This document shows positions 19,315-29,833 of a stretch of DNA of 64,000 nucleotides, one piece after another. This stretch comes from Candidatus Babeliales bacterium (lineage in GTDB: Bacteria; Babelota; Babeliae; Babelales; JACPOV01), in NCBI GenBank assembly GCA_050250855.1, contig JBFWNW010000002.1, positions 64,001 to 128,000 on the forward strand. Reading direction: 5' to 3'. The position numbers and the translations under genes are program-made. The notes below the pieces were generated by a model. The model did not search any database and was not told where the DNA came from. It worked only from the letters and a program-made list of their open reading frames with translations. How positions within the stretch are numbered: position 1 is the stretch's first letter; every line of letters starts with the position of its first letter.

Positions 19315-20385
19315 TTATCCTATTTTTTTAAACAAAAAAGAACAATAATCCTTTGCCTTTTCAAGGTTAGTTATTTGTTCCGGGTTAAAAATAAGCTCTT
19401 TTTTATAATCAGGAACTGTTAATGACAAAACTAAATCAATAAAATATTCCATAGAAAATAAAAACGCCATTTCACTCTTTAAATATGCCTTGATATTTTC
19501 AATATATTGATCGTATTCCTCTTTTTTCATATGCTTAATGAAATTGTACAACTCTTGATTATCCTTAAATTTACGCCGATCAATAAAGCAATTTGGCCAT
19601 ACATAATCGGTAATATTTTCTGCACCCCAATAAATAGGGACACATCCTGCAACTAAACAATCAAAAATTTTTTCTGTAACATATCCTGGCGCATTGTTGC
19701 TATTTTCGTAACATATACAAAACTTGTAATTTTTGAGCACTGGTCTTTTGTGAGAAACCTTCCCTTTATAGGTTTTAAATGACGCTGGCCATTCAATACC
19801 ATATACATCAAGCTCTTGGACTCTTTGAGGATCTGAATCAAAAAAATTAACTACACTAAGACGTTGGGTAAATAATTCTCCAGGCCTTTCTATAAATTTA
19901 TAGGTTGCAATAAGTGCACATAGTTTTTTTTCATGAAAATCTGGAATATCCTCTTCAATCTCCAGTGAAGGTTGAGGATAAAAAAATTTAAATCTCGTAT
20001 TGTTATCAATCTTATTATCCAAGAGATATAAAGTTCTAAAAGGATAGAAGGTTGTTGTATAATAACCAGGAGCAATAATAGGCGGCTCCCATAATGAGAA
20101 TAAACATTTTTCAGGAATTAGATTCGGTGAAATATAATTGGGCAAATTAATAAAAAAAGCACCTGCATAATCTTTTGATCCCAGATAATCAAATTCTTTT
20201 ACCTCATAACCAAGTTTTTTTGCCGCCTGAGCTAATTCATAAAAAACTCTATAAGCAGCATCTCTTTGCGGATAAGAAGTATCAGTAAAAGTAACTTCTG
20301 GAAGATTTATATAAAAAATCCTTTGATCAGCTTCACTCAAAAAAACCTGTAATAAAAAAGTAATTCCTAATAAATAGCGCACCAT
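19315..20385 (-). CDS. GT10 fucosyltransferase-family protein, signal peptide
   Basis: YKFCICYENS...GYVTEKIFDCLVAGCVPIYWG; paralogue of 16456-17535. Confidence 0.88.
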   Translation of the reverse strand: MVRYLLGITFLLQVFLSEADQRIFYINLPEVTFTDTSYPQRDAAYRVFYELAQAAKKLGYEVKEFDYLGSKDYAGAFFINLPNYISPNLIPEKCLFSLWEPPIIAPGYYTTTFYPFRTLYLLDNKIDNNTRFKFFYPQPSLEIEEDIPDFHEKKLCALIATYKFIERPGELFTQRLSVVNFFDSDPQRVQELDVYGIEWPASFKTYKGKVSHKRPVLKNYKFCICYENSNNAPGYVTEKIFDCLVAGCVPIYWGAENITDYVWPNCFIDRRKFKDNQELYNFIKHMKKEEYDQYIENIKAYLKSEMAFLFSMEYFIDLVLSLTVPDYKKELIFNPEQITNLEKAKDYCSFLFKKIG

Positions 20386-21857
20386 TATACTATGCCAAAA
20401 TTATACAGCTTTCTCTTTTGATATAGCTGCTGATCATACCTAAAATATTGTGCATTACGCACATATAAAGGATCGTTATGATCAGAACCATCTAAAGGGT
20501 AATTATTCTTAATAAGCTGCTCATAGAATATTTTTTCTTTACCGAGTGAACGGGCTACTTCAGCCAGTTCATTATCGCAGTAATATGATTTATATTCTGG
20601 ATAATAAATATATCCAAACCGTTTATAATACATTCTGCCTATAATAGGATAAATAACATAGTCTTTAGGATCTCTGCCATCTGAAAAATTAAGGATACCG
20701 TCAAAATCAGGAAAATGTTTCAACATTTGACGCACTATAACTACATCATAGTTTTTTACGATAGGTTCAAGATCATCACTTACTACTAAAATAACGTCAA
20801 ACTTATCAATAAAATCATCGATATCTTTATTGTATGCTTCAATTTTTGAACTACTATTGCCAAAGCGATAAGAAAGATTTGGCAAACTATCAAGAATACT
20901 TATTACCTTGGCATTATTCATAGTTGGATCATCTTGATCGCACGTAATTAAAAAATGGTAGGGAATGGTTCCTGATAACATCTCATAGTACTTTTTTAAA
21001 TATTGGAAAAATTGTACCGGACGATAACGCGTTGGAATTTTTATAAGTAGACGAACTAACTGCTCTCTTGACTGCTTGCAAGCATGAAATGCTATAGTAT
21101 CTATATCTTTTTTATATGCACTATAGGGCCTTGGAGGTAAACAATCAACATAAGTACCTTCTTCAATACGGCCCACATCATAGCGCCAATTAATTTTATC
21201 TATTCTCGTGCGTGGTGAAACTACATCAGTTTTGCCCAATCGTATACAGCGACTCTCATAACCATCCCACGCAAGTACCGTTTTATATAACATTTTTTGA
21301 TCAGTGGTCCATCCAATTGCAGTATCATGCCATTCTTTAATCTTTTGAGGGATATCCTCTTTTGTGAAAATCTTAAAAATTTCTGCAAAAATTTTACCTT
21401 TACCTGCAACATAGCACATAGGAATTTCTTTGAATTGTCGTTCAAACTCTTCGCTATCTCGATAAACAACAAAAACATCATCAGCTAAATCTTTAATACG
21501 CTCGGTAAAATAATCTCGAGAAAGAGGTAATAAGTCTATATCAGAAACTATGCAACAATCATTGGGAAATAACAAGGGCAAAAATAAGCGAATACATTGA
21601 GCATATAATGACGTTGGTATGCCTGGAATAGGCTCAAAGCGAATAATGTCACCTAATGATTCATCTATTTCTACACTTTTATCTGCAATTAAAGCTAACG
21701 TTGGCCTTATACCAACTACTTCTTTCCACATCTTGGCAACCAGCGGCCAGTATTCTATATAATTGGGATTTGCATCAGTAGACAAAATAACACGATCAAG
21801 CGTTAAAGCTTCTGCTTTAAAAATACATAAAAAAAGTACTACGTATATTCTTCTCAT
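20385..21857 (-). CDS. Two-domain GT-A glycosyltransferase fusion, signal peptide
   Basis: N-domain IVSDIDLLPL, PMCY, WTTDQ; C-domain KIPTRYRP, SKIEAYN, VVSDD, YYCDNEL. Confidence 0.7.
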   Translation of the reverse strand: MRRIYVVLFLCIFKAEALTLDRVILSTDANPNYIEYWPLVAKMWKEVVGIRPTLALIADKSVEIDESLGDIIRFEPIPGIPTSLYAQCIRLFLPLLFPNDCCIVSDIDLLPLSRDYFTERIKDLADDVFVVYRDSEEFERQFKEIPMCYVAGKGKIFAEIFKIFTKEDIPQKIKEWHDTAIGWTTDQKMLYKTVLAWDGYESRCIRLGKTDVVSPRTRIDKINWRYDVGRIEEGTYVDCLPPRPYSAYKKDIDTIAFHACKQSREQLVRLLIKIPTRYRPVQFFQYLKKYYEMLSGTIPYHFLITCDQDDPTMNNAKVISILDSLPNLSYRFGNSSSKIEAYNKDIDDFIDKFDVILVVSDDLEPIVKNYDVVIVRQMLKHFPDFDGILNFSDGRDPKDYVIYPIIGRMYYKRFGYIYYPEYKSYYCDNELAEVARSLGKEKIFYEQLIKNNYPLDGSDHNDPLYVRNAQYFRYDQQLYQKRKLYNFGIV

Positions 21858-21867
21858 AGCTATCTCT

Positions 21868-23229
21868 TTATTCAGTACATGAAATTAAACAAATATCTTC
21901 TTTGTCTTTGGATAAATCATAAGATTGTATAGTTGAAAGTGATAATACAGTATTTCTTTTTACTATCATGCCACATGAATCTGCAGGAGACATAAATTTT
22001 ACTTGTGAAATAGCTAAACCATCCCATAGATATGAAGCATTTTGCTGAGAAGAAAAATCTTTTTTGGATAGTATACAGAAATTTGATTTTGTATCATGCA
22101 TAGCTTCTGCACAAATTTCTCTATTTTTTAATGTTTCTAAAGCTTTAACGTCTGTAATAACACAATAATAATCATAATTAACATCTTTTAACCAAAAATC
22201 AGGTGATGCATCCTGCGATGGGTTAATAACAAACGTATAATGAGAGTAAAGAGAAGCTAATTGTTCATAATCATTTTTATGAGATAAGTCTCCACAGCAA
22301 ATAACGTTTAGATTTTCATTTTTATATAAACCTTTAAATGCGCTTAATGTCTCTGCAAGTGTATTTGGATCATTAGCATAGATCAAAAAAGGAATAGATT
22401 TTTTTTGATACGATTCTCGATAAGGTCTTTGTTCAAGGGGTTTGTATGCCGACCGGCTGCTAATAACCTTTCTTAAAAATTGTTGCTTTTCCCAGTTAGT
22501 TGCACCATCTGCAATTGGATTATCTTCATTGTAGCGATATAAAATGTTTGGGTTAAATTTGTAATGATTAATTGCCATCTCTATAATTGGATACACCCAA
22601 GAAACGTCCTGTGCCATAGAGAAAAACATACCTTCATGTAGTAAATCTTTAAGAGCAACTTCTCTAAAAAGCCATGCATACATGCAACGAGGAGGACTAA
22701 AATACCAATTTTGACGAATAAGATTACGCTGCTTTACCATAGGAGGAATATCACCAGACCATGGTGCATAACCGTTTCTTGTTCCCCAAAAATTACCGTA
22801 GGTAAACCAAATAGATTCATCACTAAACTGTTCATTGATTGATGATAAAACATCTTTTGTAGTAAAGGTATCATCGCCATCCAAAATTACTGCAATTTCA
22901 TGAGGTTTGCAGAATTTATAAAAGGCATACACAATATTTCTGAGCGCAAGACCACGAATTTCATTTTTAATAAGAGTAACGCGATGATGTATATCATACT
23001 GATCAATAAAAGCCTTTGCATTTGCATAAGTATTATCAGGAGAACAATCATCTATATAAACAACGCGAAATTTTTCATAATCCTGCATAAGAACTGATGC
23101 TAAATTTTCATTGCATACATCTTGATTTTTATAAGAAGGAATAATAACAACAATATCATGCTGATATGCTGCTGCTATAGTATATACTCCCCCTACAAAA
23201 ATTAATCCAAAAAATAGTTTTAAATTCAT
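21868..23229 (-). CDS. GT2 glycosyltransferase, signal peptide
   Basis: VVIIPSYKN, YIDDCSPDNT, ILDGDD. Confidence 0.85.
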   Translation of the reverse strand: MNLKLFFGLIFVGGVYTIAAAYQHDIVVIIPSYKNQDVCNENLASVLMQDYEKFRVVYIDDCSPDNTYANAKAFIDQYDIHHRVTLIKNEIRGLALRNIVYAFYKFCKPHEIAVILDGDDTFTTKDVLSSINEQFSDESIWFTYGNFWGTRNGYAPWSGDIPPMVKQRNLIRQNWYFSPPRCMYAWLFREVALKDLLHEGMFFSMAQDVSWVYPIIEMAINHYKFNPNILYRYNEDNPIADGATNWEKQQFLRKVISSRSAYKPLEQRPYRESYQKKSIPFLIYANDPNTLAETLSAFKGLYKNENLNVICCGDLSHKNDYEQLASLYSHYTFVINPSQDASPDFWLKDVNYDYYCVITDVKALETLKNREICAEAMHDTKSNFCILSKKDFSSQQNASYLWDGLAISQVKFMSPADSCGMIVKRNTVLSLSTIQSYDLSKDKEDICLISCTE

Positions 23230-24167
23230 ACACACTTCCTTATTTGCTTTAAGTACCATTGAAAATTTTTAATATCATTTCTTGAACTATAAATATGGGT
23301 ATTTTCATTAACAAAATCACCTTGCCAGGTAATATAAAAAGGAATTGAAACCTGATTATAATCCAAAAGCATAGGAACTTTCTGCGTATAGTCTTGTTTA
23401 TGAATGCAAAGATCTTTTAAATAGGCTAAAATTCCCAACAACGCTTGTTCATAGCGAGCACAACCAAACCCTTCAGGAGCTGTCCCATCATCAATAAAAT
23501 TTCTTAAATCTTTGCTCATGTTATATAAGGGAGTAATAAAAAGATCTTGTGCTTTTTGCGCTACACCAATAACACCAGCCATAACTGCCTCTTGTGAAAG
23601 TATCCATTGATACTCGGGAGCATCAAGATTAAATTTATTTCTTACATAACGCGTTGTCTGCCATGCAATGGGATGTCTAAATTTACCATTATCACGCTCA
23701 TTACCAATAGTAGCTAAAAAATATCCTTTGTGCTGTATATATTCAAATAAATCATCAAGAGGACGCAATACCGTTGAGCCTGCATCTATCCATAGAACAT
23801 AGGGAAATCTTTCTAAAGCCTGTTTTATAACAACAGGTTTCCATGCAAACCATCCAGGAACCATTCTTCCTGCCTTATTAATTACTACCTGCCTGAGTAA
23901 GTCAGGATGCGTTAATTCAACATTATAAACTGCTATATTTTGAATAGTTTTAAGAAAAGAAATTTGTTGTTCTTCAAGGCCTAAATCAAAAACAGCAATT
24001 TCGTTAATATTGTCATAATTTGTAGCATGTAATGATCCAATTAAATTTAAAAGCTTAGAAAAATATTTTGCATCACATGCAGTACAATAATACTGAGGAA
24101 TAGCTTGTAGAAAAGCCATTCCTCCTAATAAAGCTAACCATACATAAAGAGTCTTTCTTTTTATCAT
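23226..24167 (-). CDS. DUF1647-like putative glycosyltransferase, signal peptide
   Basis: TACDAKYF, VFDLGL, FAWKPVVI, VLWIDAG, RYEQA. Confidence 0.6.
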   Translation of the reverse strand: MIKRKTLYVWLALLGGMAFLQAIPQYYCTACDAKYFSKLLNLIGSLHATNYDNINEIAVFDLGLEEQQISFLKTIQNIAVYNVELTHPDLLRQVVINKAGRMVPGWFAWKPVVIKQALERFPYVLWIDAGSTVLRPLDDLFEYIQHKGYFLATIGNERDNGKFRHPIAWQTTRYVRNKFNLDAPEYQWILSQEAVMAGVIGVAQKAQDLFITPLYNMSKDLRNFIDDGTAPEGFGCARYEQALLGILAYLKDLCIHKQDYTQKVPMLLDYNQVSIPFYITWQGDFVNENTHIYSSRNDIKNFQWYLKQIRKCV

Positions 24168-24173
24168 TACTCT

Positions 24174-24764
24174 TTACTCAAAAAATGTACGAATATCTAT
24201 AGTATCACTGACAATCGTTGTCTGAATTGCATAACGCAAATAAGTATAACGATATTTGAAAGTTGCAAGAACTGGTTCATACCCATATGCAGGTTCTTCT
24301 GTATCATGTACAACAAAAATATCTGCATTATGGCGCAAACGCTCAATATCAACTCTTCGTCTATCACCAGGACGATGATCAACAAAAACCACTGACCAAT
24401 AGCGATCTGTTCCTACAGCATCCCATAATTCTGGCTTTGGATTCTTTGCCCAATCATCTTCAAAAACAGGAATATAGCTAAAATGATGCCAATCTCGTGC
24501 CAAATCTATAAATAAAGAAAGCCATCTTTTATCAGTATCTGTTGTAAGAAGAAACCGTTTTGTTACTGAACAAACAGCATGCAAAAGTGGCGTACTATAA
24601 TCCCCAGATCCAAGTTCTAAAATAGGCCCTTTAGTATTTGCCACGACCGTCATAAGAGGAGCCATGTGAGTCCCATAATTGCCATCACCAAGACGTCTAT
24701 TCGCTTCTATAAACTGGCCATTTAAACTCAATAAAATTATGAATAAAAATAATTTTTTTTGCAT
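24174..24764 (-). CDS. Class I SAM-dependent methyltransferase-like protein, signal peptide
   Basis: ILELGSGDYST, VVFVDH, VVHDTE. Confidence 0.6.
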   Translation of the reverse strand: MQKKLFLFIILLSLNGQFIEANRRLGDGNYGTHMAPLMTVVANTKGPILELGSGDYSTPLLHAVCSVTKRFLLTTDTDKRWLSLFIDLARDWHHFSYIPVFEDDWAKNPKPELWDAVGTDRYWSVVFVDHRPGDRRRVDIERLRHNADIFVVHDTEEPAYGYEPVLATFKYRYTYLRYAIQTTIVSDTIDIRTFFE

Positions 24765-24777
24765 ACTATTCCCTCTT

Positions 24778-25698
24778 TTAAAAAGACCAATCAATATCCC
24801 AAATATCTAAATCTTTAAAGTAACCTTTTCCATACTGTTCAAACCATGCCAATACCTGTTTTTTCCTCCATAAAATTGGTTTATCCCATACAGAAAAATC
24901 AAGAAATTCATAACCTTTAAACCAATATACTGGAGATGGTTGCGTTCTTAATCCTCGCTCATCTTTTGAAGGGAAATAACGCACATTAATTTCCTGGCAA
25001 GATTTTTCTGGTTGCCTGATACGCTCAAGACAGCGATACCACGCTTGTTTTTCTAATAAGTTTTGCCAATTAACAAACTGAAAATGCAAAAGGCCATATT
25101 CATAACCCTGTAAACGGAATCTTTTTCCTTGCACGGGAAAACTACGATTATGCAAAAAGTATGAAGGAAAATTTGAAACACCATCATCGCAAAAAATAAC
25201 AGGTTTATAATCATTGGTCCATTTTGAGTCATCAAAACGATAGCGATCTATTGTTCTCCAGAGTTGAATCCAACAAACCTCCATACTTTCTCCTGGCTGC
25301 AAAGAAAGAATAAGTTTGCGTAAAAAATTATTATCTGAACAGTTTGCAGTAAACATTTCATCCGCATCAATTAAAACAAAATGAGTACCACCAAGTGCTC
25401 TGCCAGCATCTAATAATTTCTGCTTGTTATCACTTTCTTTGCCAACTTGCCAGCCAGATTGTTCATTGCGCAAAATGACAAATTCTTTGCCAAGCTTTTT
25501 ACAACATGATTCAACCAGAATTTTAGTGCTATCTTCAGAATTATCATCAAGCGTAACAAATGCATCAACATAAAAAGACAATGCTTGTAAACATTGCTCA
25601 ATACATTGCTCTTCATTTCTTACTTGCATAAGACTTACTATTTTAGGTGAAGCAGTTAAAGATAAAAAAGTCCCTAACAATAATAATAATTTAAACAT
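24778..25698 (-). CDS. GT2-like glycosyltransferase, signal peptide
   Basis: VRNEE, LDDNSEDST, LIDADE, LLHF. Confidence 0.8.
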   Translation of the reverse strand: MFKLLLLLGTFLSLTASPKIVSLMQVRNEEQCIEQCLQALSFYVDAFVTLDDNSEDSTKILVESCCKKLGKEFVILRNEQSGWQVGKESDNKQKLLDAGRALGGTHFVLIDADEMFTANCSDNNFLRKLILSLQPGESMEVCWIQLWRTIDRYRFDDSKWTNDYKPVIFCDDGVSNFPSYFLHNRSFPVQGKRFRLQGYEYGLLHFQFVNWQNLLEKQAWYRCLERIRQPEKSCQEINVRYFPSKDERGLRTQPSPVYWFKGYEFLDFSVWDKPILWRKKQVLAWFEQYGKGYFKDLDIWDIDWSF

Positions 25699-25711
25699 AT
25701 TCAGCACTCCT

Positions 25712-26560
25712 TTACTGAACAAATGCTTCTTTTTTTAACCAGCTTCCTGCCCAATGGTGCACCGCATATGATTCAGGTTTTTGCCATTCTGAGGCAGGGG
25801 TTCCTCGTTGTTCATAACCACATGGGTAAAAGTAACTAGCGGGAAAAGCTACGATACGAAATTCTTGCATCATAGAGGGAACATATTTTAAAAAAAGTTT
25901 AGTAAAAAACAAAGGACCCGTTCTTAGTATAATCTGAATCTCATGAGATGAATTACGCAACTCTTCAATACATTTTTGCAATAATGGATGATGAGGAATA
26001 GACGCTATTAAAGCATTGTTAAGCTGGACCATATTGGTATCCAAAGGTTGAATACCGGTGTAAAAATCATAAATACATAAAGAATTCATTGATTTTAAAC
26101 ATTCAAAATCGGTATCAATGTAAATACCCCCAAATTGCTCTAAAATTTCATAACGCCAAATATCAGACTTTTCACCATAATTCTTTGAAGCATCAAATAG
26201 ATCTTTATTACGCCACGCAAATGATGCTACATCTGCATCTGTCCATAATTTATATTCCCAGCCAGGATTATGCTTCAACCAGCTTTCTTGATAAGCGCGG
26301 TATTTTTCAGGAAAAGGACTACCAAGCCAAATTTGATGTATTATTTTAGGGATACGAACAGACGTCGGCACAATTCTTGCTGGTGAAAATAAGTTATATA
26401 AACGCTCAAAAAAGTTTTTAAGCATCATATTATTATTCTTTTCAAGAATATGTTTATATGAATCAGCTTGCATTGATGTATTAAAATCTACCCATATAAA
26501 ATTTTCCTGTGCACAAACTAAAGAACTAAAAAGAAACGTTATGCTTAATAGTTTTTTCAT
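25712..26560 (-). CDS. GT32 (OCH1-like DXD) glycosyltransferase, signal peptide
   Basis: IPKIIHQIWLG, KSDIWRYEIL, GGIYIDTD, TGPLFFT, HHWAGSW. Confidence 0.88.
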   Translation of the reverse strand: MKKLLSITFLFSSLVCAQENFIWVDFNTSMQADSYKHILEKNNNMMLKNFFERLYNLFSPARIVPTSVRIPKIIHQIWLGSPFPEKYRAYQESWLKHNPGWEYKLWTDADVASFAWRNKDLFDASKNYGEKSDIWRYEILEQFGGIYIDTDFECLKSMNSLCIYDFYTGIQPLDTNMVQLNNALIASIPHHPLLQKCIEELRNSSHEIQIILRTGPLFFTKLFLKYVPSMMQEFRIVAFPASYFYPCGYEQRGTPASEWQKPESYAVHHWAGSWLKKEAFVQ

Positions 26561-26562
26561 AA

Positions 26563-27594
26563 TTATACCCTTGCTTGTTTATAAGATTTTTCTGGTACAA
26601 CCTTGTGCGCTAAATACCAAAAATATGCTTCCTTTAAACCATTTTTCAATGAAGTTTTTGCTGTCCAACCAAGCTGTGAAATTTTATCAACATTTAATAC
26701 TTTTCTTGGCGTGCCATCTAAAGTATTGATATTAAAAAGGATTTCTCCTGCATACCCAACGATCTCTTTAATTAAAGAAGCTAGTTCGGCAATTGTTATA
26801 TCTTTACCGGTCCCAATATTAATATGACCCGATTCTTCATAACTATTCATTAAAAATAAGCATGCTTGCGCTAAATCATCGACGTATAAAAATTCTCGCA
26901 ACGCTTTACCCGTTCCCCATAAAGAAACTGACGGTTTATTTTCTTCTTTTGCTGCATGAATTTTTGCAATAAGTGCAGGAATAACGTGCGATGATTCAAA
27001 GTCAAAATTATCATGAGGACCATAAAGATTTGTTGGCATACAAGAAATAAATTTTGTACCATATTGCCTGTTATAGCTTTTGCATAAAAGTATGCCGGCA
27101 ATTTTTGCAAGCGCATACGGCTCATTTGTTTTTTCAAGTTCATCGGTCATTAAATACTCTTCTTGTATTGGTTGAGGACAATTACGAGGATAAATGCAAG
27201 AAGAACCTAAAAATAAGAGCTTTTTAACGCCATTGGTATACGATGCATGAATAATATTTGCTTCAATCATAAGATTGTCATAAATAAATGAGGCTGGAAA
27301 ATCATTATTTGCTTTAATGCCGCCAACTTTTGCAGCAGCCAAAAACACATATTCCGGTTTTTCTTGGTTGAAAAAATCATGTACCGCTGCTTGGTTGCGC
27401 AAATCAAGTTCTGCAAAACTACGCGTTATAAGGTTAGTATATCCTTCAGCTTGCAACGCTCGCATTAAAGCAGAGCCAACCAACCCCTGACCTGCTATAT
27501 AAATTTTTGCCTGCTTGTCCATATGTGCTTCACTAACACCAGTAAAAAGATTAAAAATCAAGCCTATACTCATTATCTTTGTTACGTAGTTCAT
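26563..27594 (-). CDS. fcl: GDP-L-fucose synthase with N-terminal signal-like extension
   Basis: [56 protein letters not shown] before ATG 27594; enzyme core starts at 27522. Confidence 0.93.
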   Translation of the reverse strand: MNYVTKIMSIGLIFNLFTGVSEAHMDKQAKIYIAGQGLVGSALMRALQAEGYTNLITRSFAELDLRNQAAVHDFFNQEKPEYVFLAAAKVGGIKANNDFPASFIYDNLMIEANIIHASYTNGVKKLLFLGSSCIYPRNCPQPIQEEYLMTDELEKTNEPYALAKIAGILLCKSYNRQYGTKFISCMPTNLYGPHDNFDFESSHVIPALIAKIHAAKEENKPSVSLWGTGKALREFLYVDDLAQACLFLMNSYEESGHINIGTGKDITIAELASLIKEIVGYAGEILFNINTLDGTPRKVLNVDKISQLGWTAKTSLKNGLKEAYFWYLAHKVVPEKSYKQARV

Positions 27595-28783
27595 GAGATT
27601 CTCCTGATAATTTTTGAGCTGCAATGTAGATATTTGAGCCGGTTGCCTCACTTTTTAATTCCCATGCAATTTGTTCTAAATCTGCATCCATCATTAGACA
27701 AACTAAATCTTTAAAGGTTGTTTTTGGCTCCCAACCAAGAAGTTTTTTTGCTTTGCTAGGATCACCCAGTAAAATTTCAACTTCAGTCGGTCTGAAATAA
27801 CGAGGATCAACCGCTATCAACAGCTCACCAGTTTTTTTATTGTATCCTTTTTCCTCAGCACCTATACCGCGCCATTCTACCGTAATACCAACACGTTCAA
27901 ATGCTAATTCAACAAACTCTCTTACGGTATGCGTTTGTCCGGTTGCAACAACCCAATCTTCAGGCTTTTCATACTGTAAAATAAGCCACATTGCTTCTAC
28001 ATATTCTTTGGCATAGCCCCAATCTCGTTTTGCATCAAGATTACCTAAATAAATAGGATCTTTTTTACCTAAAGAAATTGCGGCTACCGCACGCGTAATT
28101 TTTCTGGTTACAAAGGTTTCGCCACGTAAAGGAGATTCATGATTAAATAAAATACCATTTGCAGCAAACATGCCGTAGGCTTCTCGATAGTTTACCGTTA
28201 TCCAATAGGCATAAAGTTTTGCAACACCATAGGGAGAACGTGGATAAAAAGGGGTCGTTTCTTTTTGAGGAATTTCTTGTACGTTGCCATACATTTCTGA
28301 AGTTGATGCTTGGTAAAATTTCGTTGTTTTATCAAATCCGGTTACACGCAATGCTTCTAATAAACGCAAGGTACCTATGCCATCAGCATTTGCTGTATAT
28401 TCTGGCACTTCAAAAGAAACTTTTACATGAGATTGTGCTGCAAGATTATAAATTTCATCAGGCTTAATTTCTTGTATCAAACGAATAAGATTGGTAGAAT
28501 CGGTCATATCACCAAAGTGTAAAAAGAAATTTCCTTTCTTTTTATTATGAGGATCACGGTATAAAGGATCTATGCGATGCGTATTAAACATTGATGAACG
28601 ACGTTTAATGCCATGAACTTCATACCCTTTACCCAGTAAAAATTCAGCCAAGTAGGCCCCATCTTGACCAGTTATACCGGTAATTAAGGCAACTTTTTTC
28701 TTCATACTCTGCTCTCCTGCAAAAAAAGTACTGAATCCTAAGCAAGCTACTGCAACAAAAATTTTTTTATAAGAGTGCTTCAT
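27551..28783 (-). CDS. gmd: GDP-mannose 4,6-dehydratase with N-terminal signal-like extension
   Basis: [53 protein letters not shown]; enzyme core starts at 28705. Confidence 0.96.
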   Translation of the reverse strand: MKHSYKKIFVAVACLGFSTFFAGEQSMKKKVALITGITGQDGAYLAEFLLGKGYEVHGIKRRSSMFNTHRIDPLYRDPHNKKKGNFFLHFGDMTDSTNLIRLIQEIKPDEIYNLAAQSHVKVSFEVPEYTANADGIGTLRLLEALRVTGFDKTTKFYQASTSEMYGNVQEIPQKETTPFYPRSPYGVAKLYAYWITVNYREAYGMFAANGILFNHESPLRGETFVTRKITRAVAAISLGKKDPIYLGNLDAKRDWGYAKEYVEAMWLILQYEKPEDWVVATGQTHTVREFVELAFERVGITVEWRGIGAEEKGYNKKTGELLIAVDPRYFRPTEVEILLGDPSKAKKLLGWEPKTTFKDLVCLMMDADLEQIAWELKSEATGSNIYIAAQKLSGESHELRNKDNEYRLDF

Positions 28784-28798
28784 ATCCTATTTCCTTTT

Positions 28799-29827
28799 TT
28801 ATGTATAATGATGGCTATTTTTTTCCCGTAATTGATGCAAAATATGTTTTACTTTATCTGTCTGATCTCGCTTCGCTATTAAAAGAACATCATCTGTTTC
28901 TACAACACATAGATCTTCAACGCCTATAAGTGCTACGAGCTTTTTTGGCACCTGAACAATATTATTAGCTGCGTGCAATTCAATAACTTCTGTTTGCTGT
29001 TGGCTATGCTTTTTGTGCAAAGAAAGAAATATTTCTAAGTTGCCAACATCTGACCATGTAAAAGAGCAGGGCTGTACATACACGGCATTACTTTTTTCTA
29101 ATACCGCATAATCAATAGAAATATTTTCGGCATCTTTGTAATCTGCTTTATGTTCAAAAAAATCACATACCACCTTATATAGCTGTTGGGCATGACGATT
29201 GTATTCTTCTATAAAAACAGAACTTTTGGCACAAAAAATACCTATATTCCATAACATGGTATCCATGGTACTATATACATCCGCCAATTGCGCTGAAGGT
29301 TTTTCATGAAAACGAGAAACTTTTACAACATCATTTTTTTGCGCTGCCATTTCTATGTAGCCATAGTTTGTTGCGGGAAAATCAGGACGAATTCCTAACA
29401 ATGTTATGGCATCATGAGCTTGCGAAAATTCTAACGCATTATTTAAATGTTTGGCAAATTGGTCATCTTCTACAATAAAAGCATCAGCAGGTAAAAAAGC
29501 TATAATTGCTGAAGGGTCTTTTTGTTGAATATAAAGCGTAGCCAAAAGTAATGCTGGCGCTGTATTGCGGCCAATTGGTTCAGACAAAATGCCGCCTATA
29601 GAATCTCCCAAAAGACTTTTAATAGAATCAACCTGCTGCTCAGTTGTCATAATAAAAATATTATGTTTTTCAACAATTAAAGAAGCACGCATAACAGTAC
29701 GCTCAAGCAAAGAATTTTGATCATCAAGAGAGAGCAGCTGCTTTGGCTTTTTCTCTCTACTCAAAGGCCATAAACGCTCACCTTTGCCTCCAGCTAAAAT
29801 AACAATATAGCGTGATGTTATATCCAT
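28799..29827 (-). CDS. manC: Mannose-1-phosphate guanylyltransferase
   Basis: ILAGGKGERLWPLSR, EPIGRNTAPA, FHEKP, SIDYAVLEK, WSDVG; no signal peptide. Confidence 0.92.
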   Translation of the reverse strand: MDITSRYIVILAGGKGERLWPLSREKKPKQLLSLDDQNSLLERTVMRASLIVEKHNIFIMTTEQQVDSIKSLLGDSIGGILSEPIGRNTAPALLLATLYIQQKDPSAIIAFLPADAFIVEDDQFAKHLNNALEFSQAHDAITLLGIRPDFPATNYGYIEMAAQKNDVVKVSRFHEKPSAQLADVYSTMDTMLWNIGIFCAKSSVFIEEYNRHAQQLYKVVCDFFEHKADYKDAENISIDYAVLEKSNAVYVQPCSFTWSDVGNLEIFLSLHKKHSQQQTEVIELHAANNIVQVPKKLVALIGVEDLCVVETDDVLLIAKRDQTDKVKHILHQLREKNSHHYT

Positions 29828-29833
29828 AACTAT

